Of a stretch of DNA of 64,000 bases, positions 28,537 through 39,690 are shown in pieces; positions within the stretch are counted from its first letter, which is position 1, and each line of letters opens with the position of its first letter. Under the pieces are notes generated by a model. It ran no database searches and was not told the origin of the DNA. It worked only from the letters and a program-made list of their open reading frames with translations. The stretch covers positions 736,001 through 800,000 of the forward strand of contig OZ244239.1 of assembly GCA_965217115.1 (NCBI GenBank), in the 5' to 3' direction. Made by a program: the position numbers and the translations under genes. The DNA is from Bdellovibrionales bacterium (GTDB lineage Bacteria > Bdellovibrionota > Bdellovibrionia > Bdellovibrionales > CAYMLA01).

Positions 28537-30692
28537 TGACAACGCTAGAAATTAGTCTTAAAAATTGTTACGGTATTAAGAAATTAGATCATAAATTTAC
28601 TTTTTCAGAAACGCACTCAACTTATGCAATTTATGCCTCCAATGGCTCAATGAAAACATCATTTGCTAAAACTTTTGAACGCATATCAGAGGGGAAGCAG
28701 CCAGAAGACTTGGTTTACTCTGAAAGAGAAACGACTTGTAAAATCAACTTTGACAACCAAGATATACAGCCAGCTAAGATATTTGTTATTCATTCTTACA
28801 GTAAAAACTATGAATCTAGCAAAATATCAACTTTATTAGCCAATAAAGAGCTAAGAAAGAAGTATGAAGATGTGTATAAAGAAATAAACAGTCAAAAAAC
28901 TCATTTTTTAAAAGAATTAAAAAAAGTTTGTGGAGTAGTCAAATTAGAGGAAATAGAGAGGAAAATATCAAGAGTTTTTTATAATAATGAAGCTAATAAA
29001 TTCTTTGAGTCACTAGAAAGAATAAAAGCAGAGATTAATGAGAATGAAGCTTCTAATTATAAAGGCATCAGATATAAAGATATATTTGATGACAAAGTTA
29101 AGATCTTTTTAGACAATGCTGAGGTTCAAAAAAATATTAGCGAATATATAAAAAAATATGACGAATTATTAGAGGGCTCAACTTATTTCAAAAAAGGAAT
29201 TTTTAATCATTCTCAGGCAGAAGAGACAGCAAAACAATTGAAAAAAAATGGTTTTTTTAAAGCAAGTCACGCTGTTTTATTTGGAGATAAAAAACTGGCA
29301 ACAGAGACAGAATTAACAGAAGTTATAAATGCAGAAAAGAACAGCATCTTAAAAAATGAAACTCTAAAAACAGTGTTTGATAAATTAGATAGTAAAATAA
29401 ATACTGACTCGCTAAGAAAGTTTAGAGAATTTTTATCTACGCATACTTTTGTTATTGCAGAATTACAGAATTTAGAAAGTTTTGAAGCTAAATTATGGAA
29501 ATATTATATTAAAGAAAAGCAAGATATTTTTAATAATTTATTAGCCCTGTACTCAGCGGGTCGGCAGAGTATTTCTGAAATATCCAAACAAGCAAAAAAA
29601 GAGGAAACTAAATGGTTAAATGCTATAAAAATTTTTAACGAAAGATTTGAAGTGCCTTTTGAAGTTACTATTAGTAATAAGGTTGATGTTATTTTAAAAG
29701 AAGAAACACCTTCTATTTCTTTTGAGTTTGTAGAGAAAAAAGATAGAAAAAATATGACAAAAAAAGATTTATTAGAGGTTTTAAGTCAAGGTGAAAAAAG
29801 AGCGTTATATCTTTTAGATATAATCTTTGAAATAGAGGCCAGAAAAACAGAAGGTGGAAAACACTTATTTATCATAGATGATATAGCAGACTCTTTTGAT
29901 TATAAGAATAAATATGCCATAATTGAGTATCTAAAAGATATATCAAAAATAGATGGTTTTTATCAAATAGTTTTAAGTCACAATTTTGATTTCCATAGAA
30001 CTATTAGTAGTCGCCTTGCAATGAAGCGAGCTAATAAATTAAACGTTTTAAAGTCAGGCAATAACAGCATAGAGTTAAAAAAGGAACATTATCAAAATAA
30101 CCCCTTCGATGATTGGAGAAATAGGTTAGATAATCAATATTTCGTAATTGCGTCAATCCCTTTTGTTAGGAATATAGCAGGGTATATCGGGAATACAGAT
30201 AGCAATACATCTTTAACAAGTTTTCTTCACATAAAAGAAGGTACAGAAAATTTGACAGTTGCAGACCTTAAGAAAGAGTTTGCTAAAGTGCTCTATACTG
30301 GGCATGACAAGATAGGAAATTCTGATAATTTTATTCATTTTTTAACGAAAGCTACAAATGATATTTTTACACTAAGTGCAAGCGATAGAGAGCTAGAGCA
30401 TAAGATAGTTTTGGCTATTTCTATACGACTAAGTGCTGAAAAATTTATGATAAAAAAAATAGATGATGCTGACTATGTTAGATCTATAGATAAATACCAA
30501 ACAGCGAAGTTACTTGATAAATATAAGGAAGTATTTTCAATTGATATAGCTAATATAAAAATTTTAGATAAAGTACAATTAATGACACCTGAAAGTATTC
30601 ATCTAAATTCTTTTATGTTTGAGCCCTTGCTGGATATGTCTGATGAATATTTGATCACATTAAGTAAAGAGGTCGCAGCCCTACAGCTTTAA
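28536..30692 (+). CDS. ABC/SMC-type ATPase with coiled coil (AAA_13/RloC-like), candidate defence protein
   Basis: ASNGSMKT, LSQGEKR, IIDDIADSFD, LSHNFDF; ~220-aa C-terminal domain with PESIHLNS. Confidence 0.8.
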   Translation: MTTLEISLKNCYGIKKLDHKFTFSETHSTYAIYASNGSMKTSFAKTFERISEGKQPEDLVYSERETTCKINFDNQDIQPAKIFVIHSYSKNYESSKISTLLANKELRKKYEDVYKEINSQKTHFLKELKKVCGVVKLEEIERKISRVFYNNEANKFFESLERIKAEINENEASNYKGIRYKDIFDDKVKIFLDNAEVQKNISEYIKKYDELLEGSTYFKKGIFNHSQAEETAKQLKKNGFFKASHAVLFGDKKLATETELTEVINAEKNSILKNETLKTVFDKLDSKINTDSLRKFREFLSTHTFVIAELQNLESFEAKLWKYYIKEKQDIFNNLLALYSAGRQSISEISKQAKKEETKWLNAIKIFNERFEVPFEVTISNKVDVILKEETPSISFEFVEKKDRKNMTKKDLLEVLSQGEKRALYLLDIIFEIEARKTEGGKHLFIIDDIADSFDYKNKYAIIEYLKDISKIDGFYQIVLSHNFDFHRTISSRLAMKRANKLNVLKSGNNSIELKKEHYQNNPFDDWRNRLDNQYFVIASIPFVRNIAGYIGNTDSNTSLTSFLHIKEGTENLTVADLKKEFAKVLYTGHDKIGNSDNFIHFLTKATNDIFTLSASDRELEHKIVLAISIRLSAEKFMIKKIDDADYVRSIDKYQTAKLLDKYKEVFSIDIANIKILDKVQLMTPESIHLNSFMFEPLLDMSDEYLITLSKEVAALQL

Positions 30693-30700
30693 AAATATTT

Positions 30701-30949
30701 TTATTTGTAATCCATAGCATTATACTCCTTACAAGTGTTCCGATTAAAAACCGCAGGACACCCCCAGTCACCTTCAATAGCCTCAATACTTTTCTTCTGA
30801 AAATACAAAACCACCTTCATAGTCGCCTCTGGTTTTAGCAAAACAAACCCCATGGCAGACACTAAAACCACCCTTTTAATAACCCTAAATATTTGACCAT
30901 ACCCTAAAAACATACTCCCTCCTTTGTTGTTTATAAAATTATTTAGCAA
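30701..30949 (-). CDS. Small hypothetical membrane protein
   Basis: GGAGGGAG RBS before MFLGY; DWGCP motif. Confidence 0.55.
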   Translation of the reverse strand: MLNNFINNKGGSMFLGYGQIFRVIKRVVLVSAMGFVLLKPEATMKVVLYFQKKSIEAIEGDWGCPAVFNRNTCKEYNAMDYK

Positions 30950-31532
30950 ATTCTTTTAAAAAAGACCGCACCGCCTTAAGCGGTGTTGGTGCTAAATTTT
31001 TCATCATACTTAAGCAATCATCCATAATATCTTTAGGCTGTTCATCACACTCCATATAATTATTAAAATCTGTCATTGTATAGCCCATGGCCTCAACAAT
31101 AAATTTAATTAAATCACGGTTTAAATTTTTTCTTCCGCATTCATAAAAACCAATAATTTTATCCCCATAACCACAAAGCTTGCTCAGTTCGTATTGGGAT
31201 AAACCGCTTTTTTTACGCAACTGTCGTAATACTCGGCATTCTTTAGTGATATTAGGGGTGCAAAATCTTCGACCTCTTCTCTCTGGTAAATTAACACTAA
31301 AATTTTCAGATTTAATATACATTAGTTCATCAAAACTAAGTCCGTAGCCCAAAGCAAATGTGGCTAATCGTTCATTGCTAACAACACCCCTTCCATTTTC
31401 TAATTTCTCAATAGAGGAACGGGACAGGTTAAATAATTTGCCAGCTTCTTCTCTGCTTAGTTCTTTTAAAAGGCGCATATTTTTTAATAAAATGGGGCTA
31501 CTCTTAGCTGTATATGCTTTTTTATTTTGCAT
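30939..31532 (-). CDS. Double XRE-HTH transcriptional regulator (start probably ATG 31532)
   Basis: LKNMRLLKELSREEAG..IEKLENG and LRQLRKKSGLSQYELS..YECG. Confidence 0.9.
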   Translation of the reverse strand: MQNKKAYTAKSSPILLKNMRLLKELSREEAGKLFNLSRSSIEKLENGRGVVSNERLATFALGYGLSFDELMYIKSENFSVNLPERRGRRFCTPNITKECRVLRQLRKKSGLSQYELSKLCGYGDKIIGFYECGRKNLNRDLIKFIVEAMGYTMTDFNNYMECDEQPKDIMDDCLSMMKNLAPTPLKAVRSFLKEFAK

Positions 31533-31801
31533 AAACTCTCCTAAAATCACGGTAGCAGAGAGCGGTAGCGGTTGATTTAACCTGATTTAGATCAAATTTC
31601 CGTATAATAGAAAATAAAAGTTTTGTGCCTGAAGCAAGCATGCTTGCCATTTTAAAGTATAGAAATAACAAAGCTTTTCTCATTTTTGCTACTCTAAAAA
31701 CTCCAAAAACGCTACTTTTTGCGAAAAGTAAGCTAAAAAAATTCTCCAAAAAAAGTCGAGGGGGTACCAGTGGTGACCACAAAGTCACCAAGTGTTGAAA
31801 T

Positions 31802-32000
<199 letters not shown>

Positions 32001-32257
32001 AATTGTCATTTGCTTGCAACTGTTTATATTACCTGGGATGGGAATATGCTAGGATATTTTTGCGATATAATAGCTCCTATAGCTCCTGGCGTCGAAGGAC
32101 TGTTGATCTAAGGGCCTGGGAACTAAGAAAAAATTACAAGACTGTCTTATTTTGAACTAAAATCCCTTCTCTTCGTGTATAATCATCCATGGTATTTAAA
32201 ACAAAGAACGGGAATAAGCCGTTATTGAAGTGAGCGTTCTATCTAAACATAAGGAGC

Positions 32258-33370
32258 ATGGATATGAAGAAAGTATTTATTCTTATCATAGCATTTTGTC
32301 TTTATTCTAATTATGGAATAGCGTTATCTGTTGGAACCTACAACACTTGGCACGGTCTTAACGGCCAAGGAAAGATCTCCATAGGGGAACTTGAAGCAGC
32401 CCATGAGAGAAAGTCGCGAGAAGAAGATCAAGACGAGTACTTAAAAAATCTAATAACTGATAAGCTTGATATCACTTTCTTGCAAGAAGTTAACCCTGTC
32501 TATAAACGCTCAGAAAAGTGGTCCGCATCTACAGGTAAAGACTCTGTTGCCGGTGTTGATAATTGTGGCTTAAAACTAATGGGTTTGGGAATCCCAACCA
32601 ACCTGTATTCTGGTCTAACCATCGTAGCAAATAAAGAGTATCAACTGAAAAAGATTGCCACCCATGCATTGAGTGGCGGCGGTTTCGTCATCTCTTCCCA
32701 CTTCTGCGCTCATTTTTCAGAAAGACGAGCGGCTCTTTTTGCAACAGTAGTCATTCCCGGTTATGGAAAAACACTTCTCGTTAATACTCATCTACACCAT
32801 AGACATGGCATAAGCCTCCACTATAAGACTTTTCTTGATCAAAAATTAACCGATGGCCAAATAGATTCCCAAGAGCATCGTCTCCTAACTCAAAGAGCTG
32901 AGAATGCCACAGAGAGAAGAAAAAATGAACTCACTCAACTCATAGGTTATGTCAAAAAATATAAGAAAGAGTTTTCTGTGGAAAATGTTATTGTTGCCGG
33001 CGATTTTAATATGGACATCCATAGAGACGGAAAAAACCTTCAACGCTTTGAAAAAGAGACTGACCTTGTTTTTCCTTTAGACTCTGTGGGTTTAAATTAT
33101 TATTCTTGGTGGCCAGAGGAAAATAGTAATAAAGACTATATTTTTGATTTTATTGCAGATGAACTTGAGAATGATTCAGATATCACTGAAGATATGCGCA
33201 CTGTTTTGTTAGAGGAAGAAGGCAAACCTCGTTTAATTGATTTGATGTATTTCTCAGAAGGTTTTCTTAAGGACTCCCCGCCCCTCTTTTCTCCCATCGG
33301 CTTTGAGAAAAGCCCTGACGATCGTCATCTCTCAGATCATTTTGGTTACACACTGGAATTTCCTCTCTAG
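32258..33370 (+). CDS. Secreted endonuclease/exonuclease/phosphatase family protein
   Basis: TYN, LQEV, NTHLH, AGDFN, IDL, LSDH. Confidence 0.92.
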   Translation: MDMKKVFILIIAFCLYSNYGIALSVGTYNTWHGLNGQGKISIGELEAAHERKSREEDQDEYLKNLITDKLDITFLQEVNPVYKRSEKWSASTGKDSVAGVDNCGLKLMGLGIPTNLYSGLTIVANKEYQLKKIATHALSGGGFVISSHFCAHFSERRAALFATVVIPGYGKTLLVNTHLHHRHGISLHYKTFLDQKLTDGQIDSQEHRLLTQRAENATERRKNELTQLIGYVKKYKKEFSVENVIVAGDFNMDIHRDGKNLQRFEKETDLVFPLDSVGLNYYSWWPEENSNKDYIFDFIADELENDSDITEDMRTVLLEEEGKPRLIDLMYFSEGFLKDSPPLFSPIGFEKSPDDRHLSDHFGYTLEFPL

Positions 33371-33624
33371 TTCATTCGACTTGTAAATATAAAAAAGACA
33401 GTTCCACATAATCACTTGTGGAACTGTTTAATTAAAACCCCCTAGAATTTCCACAATCAAACACCGCCTTTCTCAGACGAGCACTCCTTTAAAGTAACGC
33501 GCCGCCCTCCCCTCTGGTTGTTAAAGCTTTTTTACTTGAATTCCATTGCTTTTCTAAATATTTAAGTGCTTACAAAAGATCTCACTTAGGTGTGAATTCT
33601 TAGAATTACTTATCCTCGCAAGGA

Positions 33625-36159
33625 GTGGCTATGACCTTTAAAAATTGTTCTTTTATTTTCGCTGTTTTCTTTTTCCTCTCTGTTATTGGGCAGGCCCAAG
33701 AATCAAATACAACTGAGAAAATAAACACTTCGAAATCTGATTCAAAAAGACAGACACCCGCCTCAAGTGGAACCAAAAAATCACATGCCGAAAAAATTAC
33801 GGTGACAGGATCTCTGATCCAACGAATTAACTTAGAAGGCCCTTCACCCCTAGTGATTATCGATCGTGAAGAAATCGAAAAATCGGGTTTTAATGAAATT
33901 GGTACTTTGCTTAGAAAATCTACAGTTAGCCCCCTTGGAGGCTCAAGTTCTAACGCCAATCTCAAAGGACTTGGACCAAGCAGAACTCTTGTTCTCATCA
34001 ACGGTCAGCGTGTTTCTGCCGTTGGAGACAGCTACAGTTCGAGCACCGATATTAATCTTGTCCCCTTAGCCGCCGTTGAACGTATTGAGGTCTTAAAGGC
34101 AGGAGCTTCGGCGATTTATGGCTCCGATGCATTGGCGGGAGTCATTAACATCATCACTCGTAAAAACATCGCAGACCGCTATTTGAATGTCAAACTTAGC
34201 ACCCCCTCTCAACCTGGTGGAAGTACTCTTAAAGCAAGTATGGCTATGGGTTTTGAAACAAGTAGAAGTTCTCTGACAACGAGTTTTCAGTATGGGACAT
34301 CCACTCAAGTCAATGCGAGTGACCGCAATTATCTGAAAGATATTAATAAGGCTTTTTATTTTTCTAATAATTACATCAACTCTAATGGACAGCTAAGAGC
34401 CTCCCCCAAATGTACACCTGTAAACAGCAACGACCGTTGTGAACAAGCCTTGGCCCACAAAAGTGTGTCGTTGCCTCAGCACGATTTTTCGGGGTTTGTT
34501 GACTACCATTATGAAATCGATTCAGAAATGGAGATGTTTTCAACCCTTATCTTACGTTATACAAAAAGCGAAGGTCGCAATTTTGCCGCCGCCACTTCTT
34601 CAGGTCTGAAGTTTGAACCTGGCGAAGCCCCTTTAGAATGGGGGGACATACTTCCGGATTATGAGCCGGGGGACCCTATTACCATCTTCCAGCGTTTGGA
34701 TGAAATGGGAGATAGGAGCTCTCAAGTAGATAACCTTTCTTGGGGACTGACCTTCGGGGCCAAGGGTTACTTCGGATCTGACTGGACGTGGATGGCTTCC
34801 AACAACACTCATCAGTACCTTACAGATGAAGTGAACTATAACTATGCCTTGAAAAAAGAAGTCAAAGACGCGATGGAGGAGGGGCGCTATAGTCCCTTTG
34901 ATGAGACTAAGAGGGATGTGACGGGGTTTGCTCATAATCCTTATTCCAAATCCTCTTATACCATTAACTCCTCTCAATTCACCTCCACAGGAGAAATTGG
35001 ACGGTGGTTGGGGGCTGATTGGTCAGCTGCCGGCGGAGCCTTCTTTCAACACTCCAAGTATACAGATAAACGTGACCAAGAGACTCTGGATTCTAAGGTT
35101 CTTGGGATCGGGGGCGCCACTGGTAGCGGAGAACGCTCTGTTGTCGCTGCCTTCTCTGAATTTCAAGTTCTCTTTGGCCCCTCTTTAGAAGTGCAGATAG
35201 CCCTTCGTCACGATCAGTACAGTGATTTTGGAGGAACAACCAATCCTAAGCTGGCTGCCCGTTGGCAAGTGAGCGATTCGTGGATGCTCCGTGGCACTGG
35301 AGGAACGGGCTTTCAAGCTCCGACTCTTCAAGATACCTACGGTCCCAAGCTTGAAGGCTTTGTTTTCATCTTGGATAAGAAGGGGTGTAAAGCAAACCCC
35401 AATGATGCTGAAATTTGTAAAAGTAAAGCTTATCCAGCGGAACAAGGGGCCAATCCCGATCTTACCGAAGAGATCTCTCAATCCTACACCCTAGGAACGG
35501 TGTATCAAGCCAGCAAAAATTTAAGCTTCTCTTTGGATTATTGGAAAACCAAAATTAACGATGTGGTGAGCTCGGATATTGATGGCCTTCTGGAAATTGA
35601 TGCCCTCGGAGTGGATGTCACCAAATACGGCGCTCGCATTGATCGTACTAGCGACGGTAGGATCGAATTTATTTCAGCTCCCTTGAGAAACTTTGCTAAT
35701 GAAGATGTCGATGGGTTTGACCTCTCTACAGATTATCGCTTCAAGGCCTGGGCGGGGAATGTTTCACTGCGTATGGACCACGTTCTTATGTTGCATTATT
35801 TACGTTCGAGTTACTCTGAACTTGGCGCCAAGGAGGAGTTGGGAACAGCTGGTACTCCTCGGTGGAGAAATGTGCTCACTCTAGGTTATGACCGTGCTAA
35901 TGGAAAATGGGGCGCTTCTTTGATCGCTCGTACAACCGATTCCCTGGAGAAAAGAAACCCTGATGCCAGTAAGATTCCTGTTTATACTGAAGCTGATCTA
36001 CAAACCTATTATCACTCTTCGATGGGTAAGCTCAGATTGGGATTTAACAACGTTCTTAATACACAGCCGACATTTGACGAGGGGCTCTCAAGTAAGATTG
36101 ATAGCACACTCTATGAGCGGCTTCGCACTGTCTATGTCACCTACGAGACCAAGTTCTAA
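33625..36159 (+). CDS. TonB-dependent receptor
   Basis: EKITVTGS, plug ERIEVLK.GASAIYGSDALAGVINIIT, C-terminal Phe. Confidence 0.97.
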   Translation: MAMTFKNCSFIFAVFFFLSVIGQAQESNTTEKINTSKSDSKRQTPASSGTKKSHAEKITVTGSLIQRINLEGPSPLVIIDREEIEKSGFNEIGTLLRKSTVSPLGGSSSNANLKGLGPSRTLVLINGQRVSAVGDSYSSSTDINLVPLAAVERIEVLKAGASAIYGSDALAGVINIITRKNIADRYLNVKLSTPSQPGGSTLKASMAMGFETSRSSLTTSFQYGTSTQVNASDRNYLKDINKAFYFSNNYINSNGQLRASPKCTPVNSNDRCEQALAHKSVSLPQHDFSGFVDYHYEIDSEMEMFSTLILRYTKSEGRNFAAATSSGLKFEPGEAPLEWGDILPDYEPGDPITIFQRLDEMGDRSSQVDNLSWGLTFGAKGYFGSDWTWMASNNTHQYLTDEVNYNYALKKEVKDAMEEGRYSPFDETKRDVTGFAHNPYSKSSYTINSSQFTSTGEIGRWLGADWSAAGGAFFQHSKYTDKRDQETLDSKVLGIGGATGSGERSVVAAFSEFQVLFGPSLEVQIALRHDQYSDFGGTTNPKLAARWQVSDSWMLRGTGGTGFQAPTLQDTYGPKLEGFVFILDKKGCKANPNDAEICKSKAYPAEQGANPDLTEEISQSYTLGTVYQASKNLSFSLDYWKTKINDVVSSDIDGLLEIDALGVDVTKYGARIDRTSDGRIEFISAPLRNFANEDVDGFDLSTDYRFKAWAGNVSLRMDHVLMLHYLRSSYSELGAKEELGTAGTPRWRNVLTLGYDRANGKWGASLIARTTDSLEKRNPDASKIPVYTEADLQTYYHSSMGKLRLGFNNVLNTQPTFDEGLSSKIDSTLYERLRTVYVTYETKF

Positions 36160-36188
36160 CTTCACCACCCACGGGAGGGAGTCATAAA

Positions 36189-36629
36189 ATGAAGTACAAA
36201 TACAAAGCTCTCTCTCTGACACTGTTATTGATTTTTGTCATTGATATTGAAACGTCACACTCTACAAAACCATGTTGGCCCAACTCTTATTTTTCAAATC
36301 AGGAATTAAAACTGAGTGACTGGATAGAAAAATCTGATTGGGCTGTAAAAGTAGAAGTGACAAAAATTTTCCATAAATTCGTTCCATTTCTTAACTGTGG
36401 CTCAAAGAATCAGGCTAAATGCAAGAAGCATGATAAAGGGACTTTTAAAGCCACGATTTTAGAGAATAACAAAGGAACTTTTTTTGAGAAAAACGCGGAG
36501 TTTGTTTTCACTCCAGGCTACTGCGCAAAAGCCCCCCCCTCAAGTCTTGGATCCTATATTATCTATGGGTTTTACAAACCAGATAAAAAGAAATCTGTTT
36601 ATAACGGCTTTCATAGAAGTCAGCATTAA
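36189..36629 (+). CDS. Hypothetical secreted Cys-containing protein
   Basis: GGAG RBS; signal peptide. Confidence 0.65.
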   Translation: MKYKYKALSLTLLLIFVIDIETSHSTKPCWPNSYFSNQELKLSDWIEKSDWAVKVEVTKIFHKFVPFLNCGSKNQAKCKKHDKGTFKATILENNKGTFFEKNAEFVFTPGYCAKAPPSSLGSYIIYGFYKPDKKKSVYNGFHRSQH

Positions 36630-36649
36630 AAAAAAGCCTCCTTTTAAAA

Positions 36650-36997
36650 GTTCTTTATGACAAACAATCGTGGAGCCAGTTTTTTTTCTGATGAGCTGTT
36701 TTTTTTCTAGAGTCTCTCCCAAAAGAATCCAGCCCTTTTCTTGCTCAAACATTCGTTTGTCACCTCCCATTGCAGAGAAATGCAATGGAAGTCGCCAAGC
36801 CAAACTCGCCGAAAAGAACTGGATTCTTTTGGGAGAGACCCTAGAAAAAAATGCCGTATTCAATCAATGGGTCAATGGATCTCTTTCTATGACTGACCTC
36901 CATGTATAACAACGCTGTTATCCATGGATAGTTTTAGAAAGAGAACCCTCAAGATGAGGTCTCTTGGGAACAGTTCCACTATTTATCACAAAGAACC
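36650..36997 (-). mobile_element. ~348-bp MITE-like element, copy 1, with nested 138-bp hairpin element (36707-36844)
   Basis: Near-identical inverted copy at 52965-53312; terminal inverted repeats. Confidence 0.85.
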
Positions 36998-37000
36998 TGA

Positions 37001-37087
37001 AAAATACCTGTCAATTAAAGCTTAAACATCTATGGGCAGAGCTTGTCACTCAGACGACAAGGCCCATTTAGTCCCCTTCCGTGGATA
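37001..37087 (+). repeat. ~87-bp direct repeat (second copy 38739-38824)
   Basis: AAAATACCTGTCAATTAAAGCTTAAACA...GGGCAGAGCTTGTCACTCAGACGACAAGGCCC in both. Confidence 0.9.
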
Positions 37088-37261
37088 ACGCAGGAGAAGC
37101 CTCCTTTTAAAACTCTAAACTGACAATCTACGCAAGGGGTTAGACACCTCAAAAAACCTCAGGTACCGATAAACTGATATTTGAGCTGTTTTCTCGATGG
37201 CATAGAATATGTACTCTAAACCCTTGAAATTAAAGGTGTCAGTCTGATTTAGGAGAGGCCT

Positions 37262-38122
37262 ATGAAAAATTTGCTTAAAATAAGACGGTGTGGTTTTCTT
37301 TATTTGATTGGCCTGATGATGTTCGCGGACTCTGCTCAGGCTGGATTTGTCTCAATGGCAATTTATACTGGAGCCGATGAAGAAGTGAGAAGGCCTTTAG
37401 GTGCCATTCAAAATTTCTCAAATCATATAATAGAAATGACTGATTGGGATGCCTCTCTTGTACTAAGAGGTTACCCCCTAAGTGATCCTCAGAGTGTTTC
37501 ACATATTGTGCTTCATCTACATGGAAATGCAGAAAATCACTTCTCAGGAGATAGAGTTCAAAAAACATTTAATAGGCAATTTGGAAATAAGAAGATTCAA
37601 GTCTATACGCTCCAATATCCTGGGTACTCTGGAAGCGATATTTATAAGTCAGAGAAATCATTTGTTCAAGCTGGATTGGCAGCCTACAAAAAGCTACACT
37701 CCGCATTCCCCCATTCTAGTATAAGTATTTGGGGCTTTTCTGTGGGGGCGGGAGTAGCGACTCAGGTGGCTTCTCGTGTAGATGGTCTTGACTTGTTAGT
37801 TCTATCTTCTGGATGGACAAGCTCAAAATCTGCCTGTGAAGAACACGTGAGCATTTTTTCCATATTTATTTGTAATGATGACGAGAACAAGTATGAGACA
37901 GAAAAAGTTATCGCCGACATTCAAAGTCCTGTCGTCTTATTTCATGGGGGGCAAGATAACATGATTTCTGTAAGTCATTCAGTAAAAAACATGTCCGTGC
38001 TGAGGAGAAATAGTTCTCGTACCTACGAAGATAAATTAATTATTCGAGAAGGAAAAAACCATAATAATCTTCATGACGAAAAAACACTAAGGCTATTAGG
38101 TGAAATTATTATAAAACTGTAG
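37262..38122 (+). CDS. Secreted alpha/beta hydrolase
   Basis: HGNAE, YPGYSGS, GFSVG nucleophile elbow, HGGQD, HNN. Confidence 0.92.
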   Translation: MKNLLKIRRCGFLYLIGLMMFADSAQAGFVSMAIYTGADEEVRRPLGAIQNFSNHIIEMTDWDASLVLRGYPLSDPQSVSHIVLHLHGNAENHFSGDRVQKTFNRQFGNKKIQVYTLQYPGYSGSDIYKSEKSFVQAGLAAYKKLHSAFPHSSISIWGFSVGAGVATQVASRVDGLDLLVLSSGWTSSKSACEEHVSIFSIFICNDDENKYETEKVIADIQSPVVLFHGGQDNMISVSHSVKNMSVLRRNSSRTYEDKLIIREGKNHNNLHDEKTLRLLGEIIIKL

Positions 38123-38218
38123 ATGAGTATAAACAAGACAGGGTATGTTTTTTTGCAGCATAGACAAAGAAAATATTGACGCAATATTTGTAACAGGTAA
38201 TTAATAAGGAAAAGGCGA

Positions 38219-38656
38219 ATGAAAAAAACCATTATCGTATTAACTGTCTTCGTAGCTACTCTTTCAAATGCAGCTTCATCAAGTTGGATCTACGAACGTG
38301 ATACCTCTGATAAAAATGATATAGATGATACTGTGTGTGAAGTGACCATTGATTTAGAATCAGAGTCAGTGTCTCTTGAGGGTCGGACTGTTAGAGGACC
38401 TATTATAGAATCAGATAACTTGATTGTAATCAATGGCGACAAATACGACTCAGTCATTGAAAGTGGATGGACATTTGGCGGTAGAGTCATTCAAAAAGCT
38501 GAAATAGAATTATCTTCCGATGGAGAGCCTGTAAGAGTTAAAGTATATGAAATGAAGTCAAAGGGGGTTATGGAAAAAGTCATTTCCTTTATACCAATCT
38601 CTAATTTTGGATTAAGAAGTGACTCGATATCCTGTGTTGTTACACCTGTGGACTAA
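38219..38656 (+). CDS. Hypothetical secreted protein
   Basis: MKK signal peptide. Confidence 0.75.
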   Translation: MKKTIIVLTVFVATLSNAASSSWIYERDTSDKNDIDDTVCEVTIDLESESVSLEGRTVRGPIIESDNLIVINGDKYDSVIESGWTFGGRVIQKAEIELSSDGEPVRVKVYEMKSKGVMEKVISFIPISNFGLRSDSISCVVTPVD

Positions 38657-39192
38657 ATTCTGTTGATTAAACAGAGTTTTCCAATGTTTTTTTACCCTTA
38701 GATTTGCAACTAAGCCTTACTCCTAAAAATTGAATGTCAAAATACCTGTCAATTAAAGCTTAAACACCCATGGGCAGAGCTTGTCACTCAGACGACAAGG
38801 CCCTTTAGTCCCCTTCCATGGATAGCCTGGTAATAGAAAGTACAAGAGGCTGCCTGTGTTAAAACTGGCATATAAATAGCTATATAAGTTATCAGAAATG
38901 TTAAAAACCCAATAACTCCCCTTTGGGGAGACGAGTGACGCAATTTGTGTCACTCGTATAAACAATTTAGGAGAATAAAGTTAAATTATACTAGCTACTT
39001 ATAAAGTACATGGGTCCAAGTCACTTGAGCCAGGTTGAGAAATTGACACTATTAAATAATTTCCTCCTCAAAGGCATTGAAATCGACTATAGATACCCAA
39101 GGATTCAAAATGAATCGAGAGCTTTAACCTAACCGAACAGTTCAATTGAACATTTCAATCGAGCATTTCAACCAAAGATAAGGAGAGGGAAT

Positions 39193-39690
39193 ATGAAAAA
39201 AATATTACTGGTATGGATCGTGTCTGCTTTAAGCACCTCTGTAATGGCATTAACAAATGTAGATCAGGATCGCTTAACTGAATAGTATGAAGCTGCGGTG
39301 AGCTGCTCTCTTGATATTAAAGGGGAGAATTTGACTTTTGTCCTTATGAGTCCTCAGAAAAAACGTGTCCCATTTTCACTTCTTTTTGACAGATCTGCTG
39401 GCCGAGAATATTCCACGCCATTGTTTGCCAGTCTTGTCTCAAAAAAAGTCTCTGAAACAATGAGTTTTTTTCTTTTTACTAAAATAGAAACAGGCTCTGT
39501 AGAAAAAAATAAATCCTTTCGTCTTCAATCGCCAGAGATCAATGGCTTCTGGGATTCCACTGTAAAATTTGAATTAAAATATAATTTTACAAAGAAGCGT
39601 ATCGACGGAACATTTAGTCTAAAAGGACGGGACGAAGATTTTGACCACTATGCCCTAAAGAACTGTCAGCTATTAAATGGCCCTCAGTAG
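39193..39690 (+). pseudogene. Secreted protein gene interrupted by in-frame TAG at 39283-39285
   Basis: RBS plus MKKILLVWIVSALSTSVMA signal in frame with ORF 39298-39690. Confidence 0.75.

Noticed and set aside
33606..36187. Short overlapping ORFs within the TonB receptor and other long genes
   Set aside because: Alternative-frame ORFs without RBS or motifs.
36540..36909. ORFs in the MITE copies (also 53065-53320)
   Set aside because: Arise from the palindromic element; no transposase motifs.
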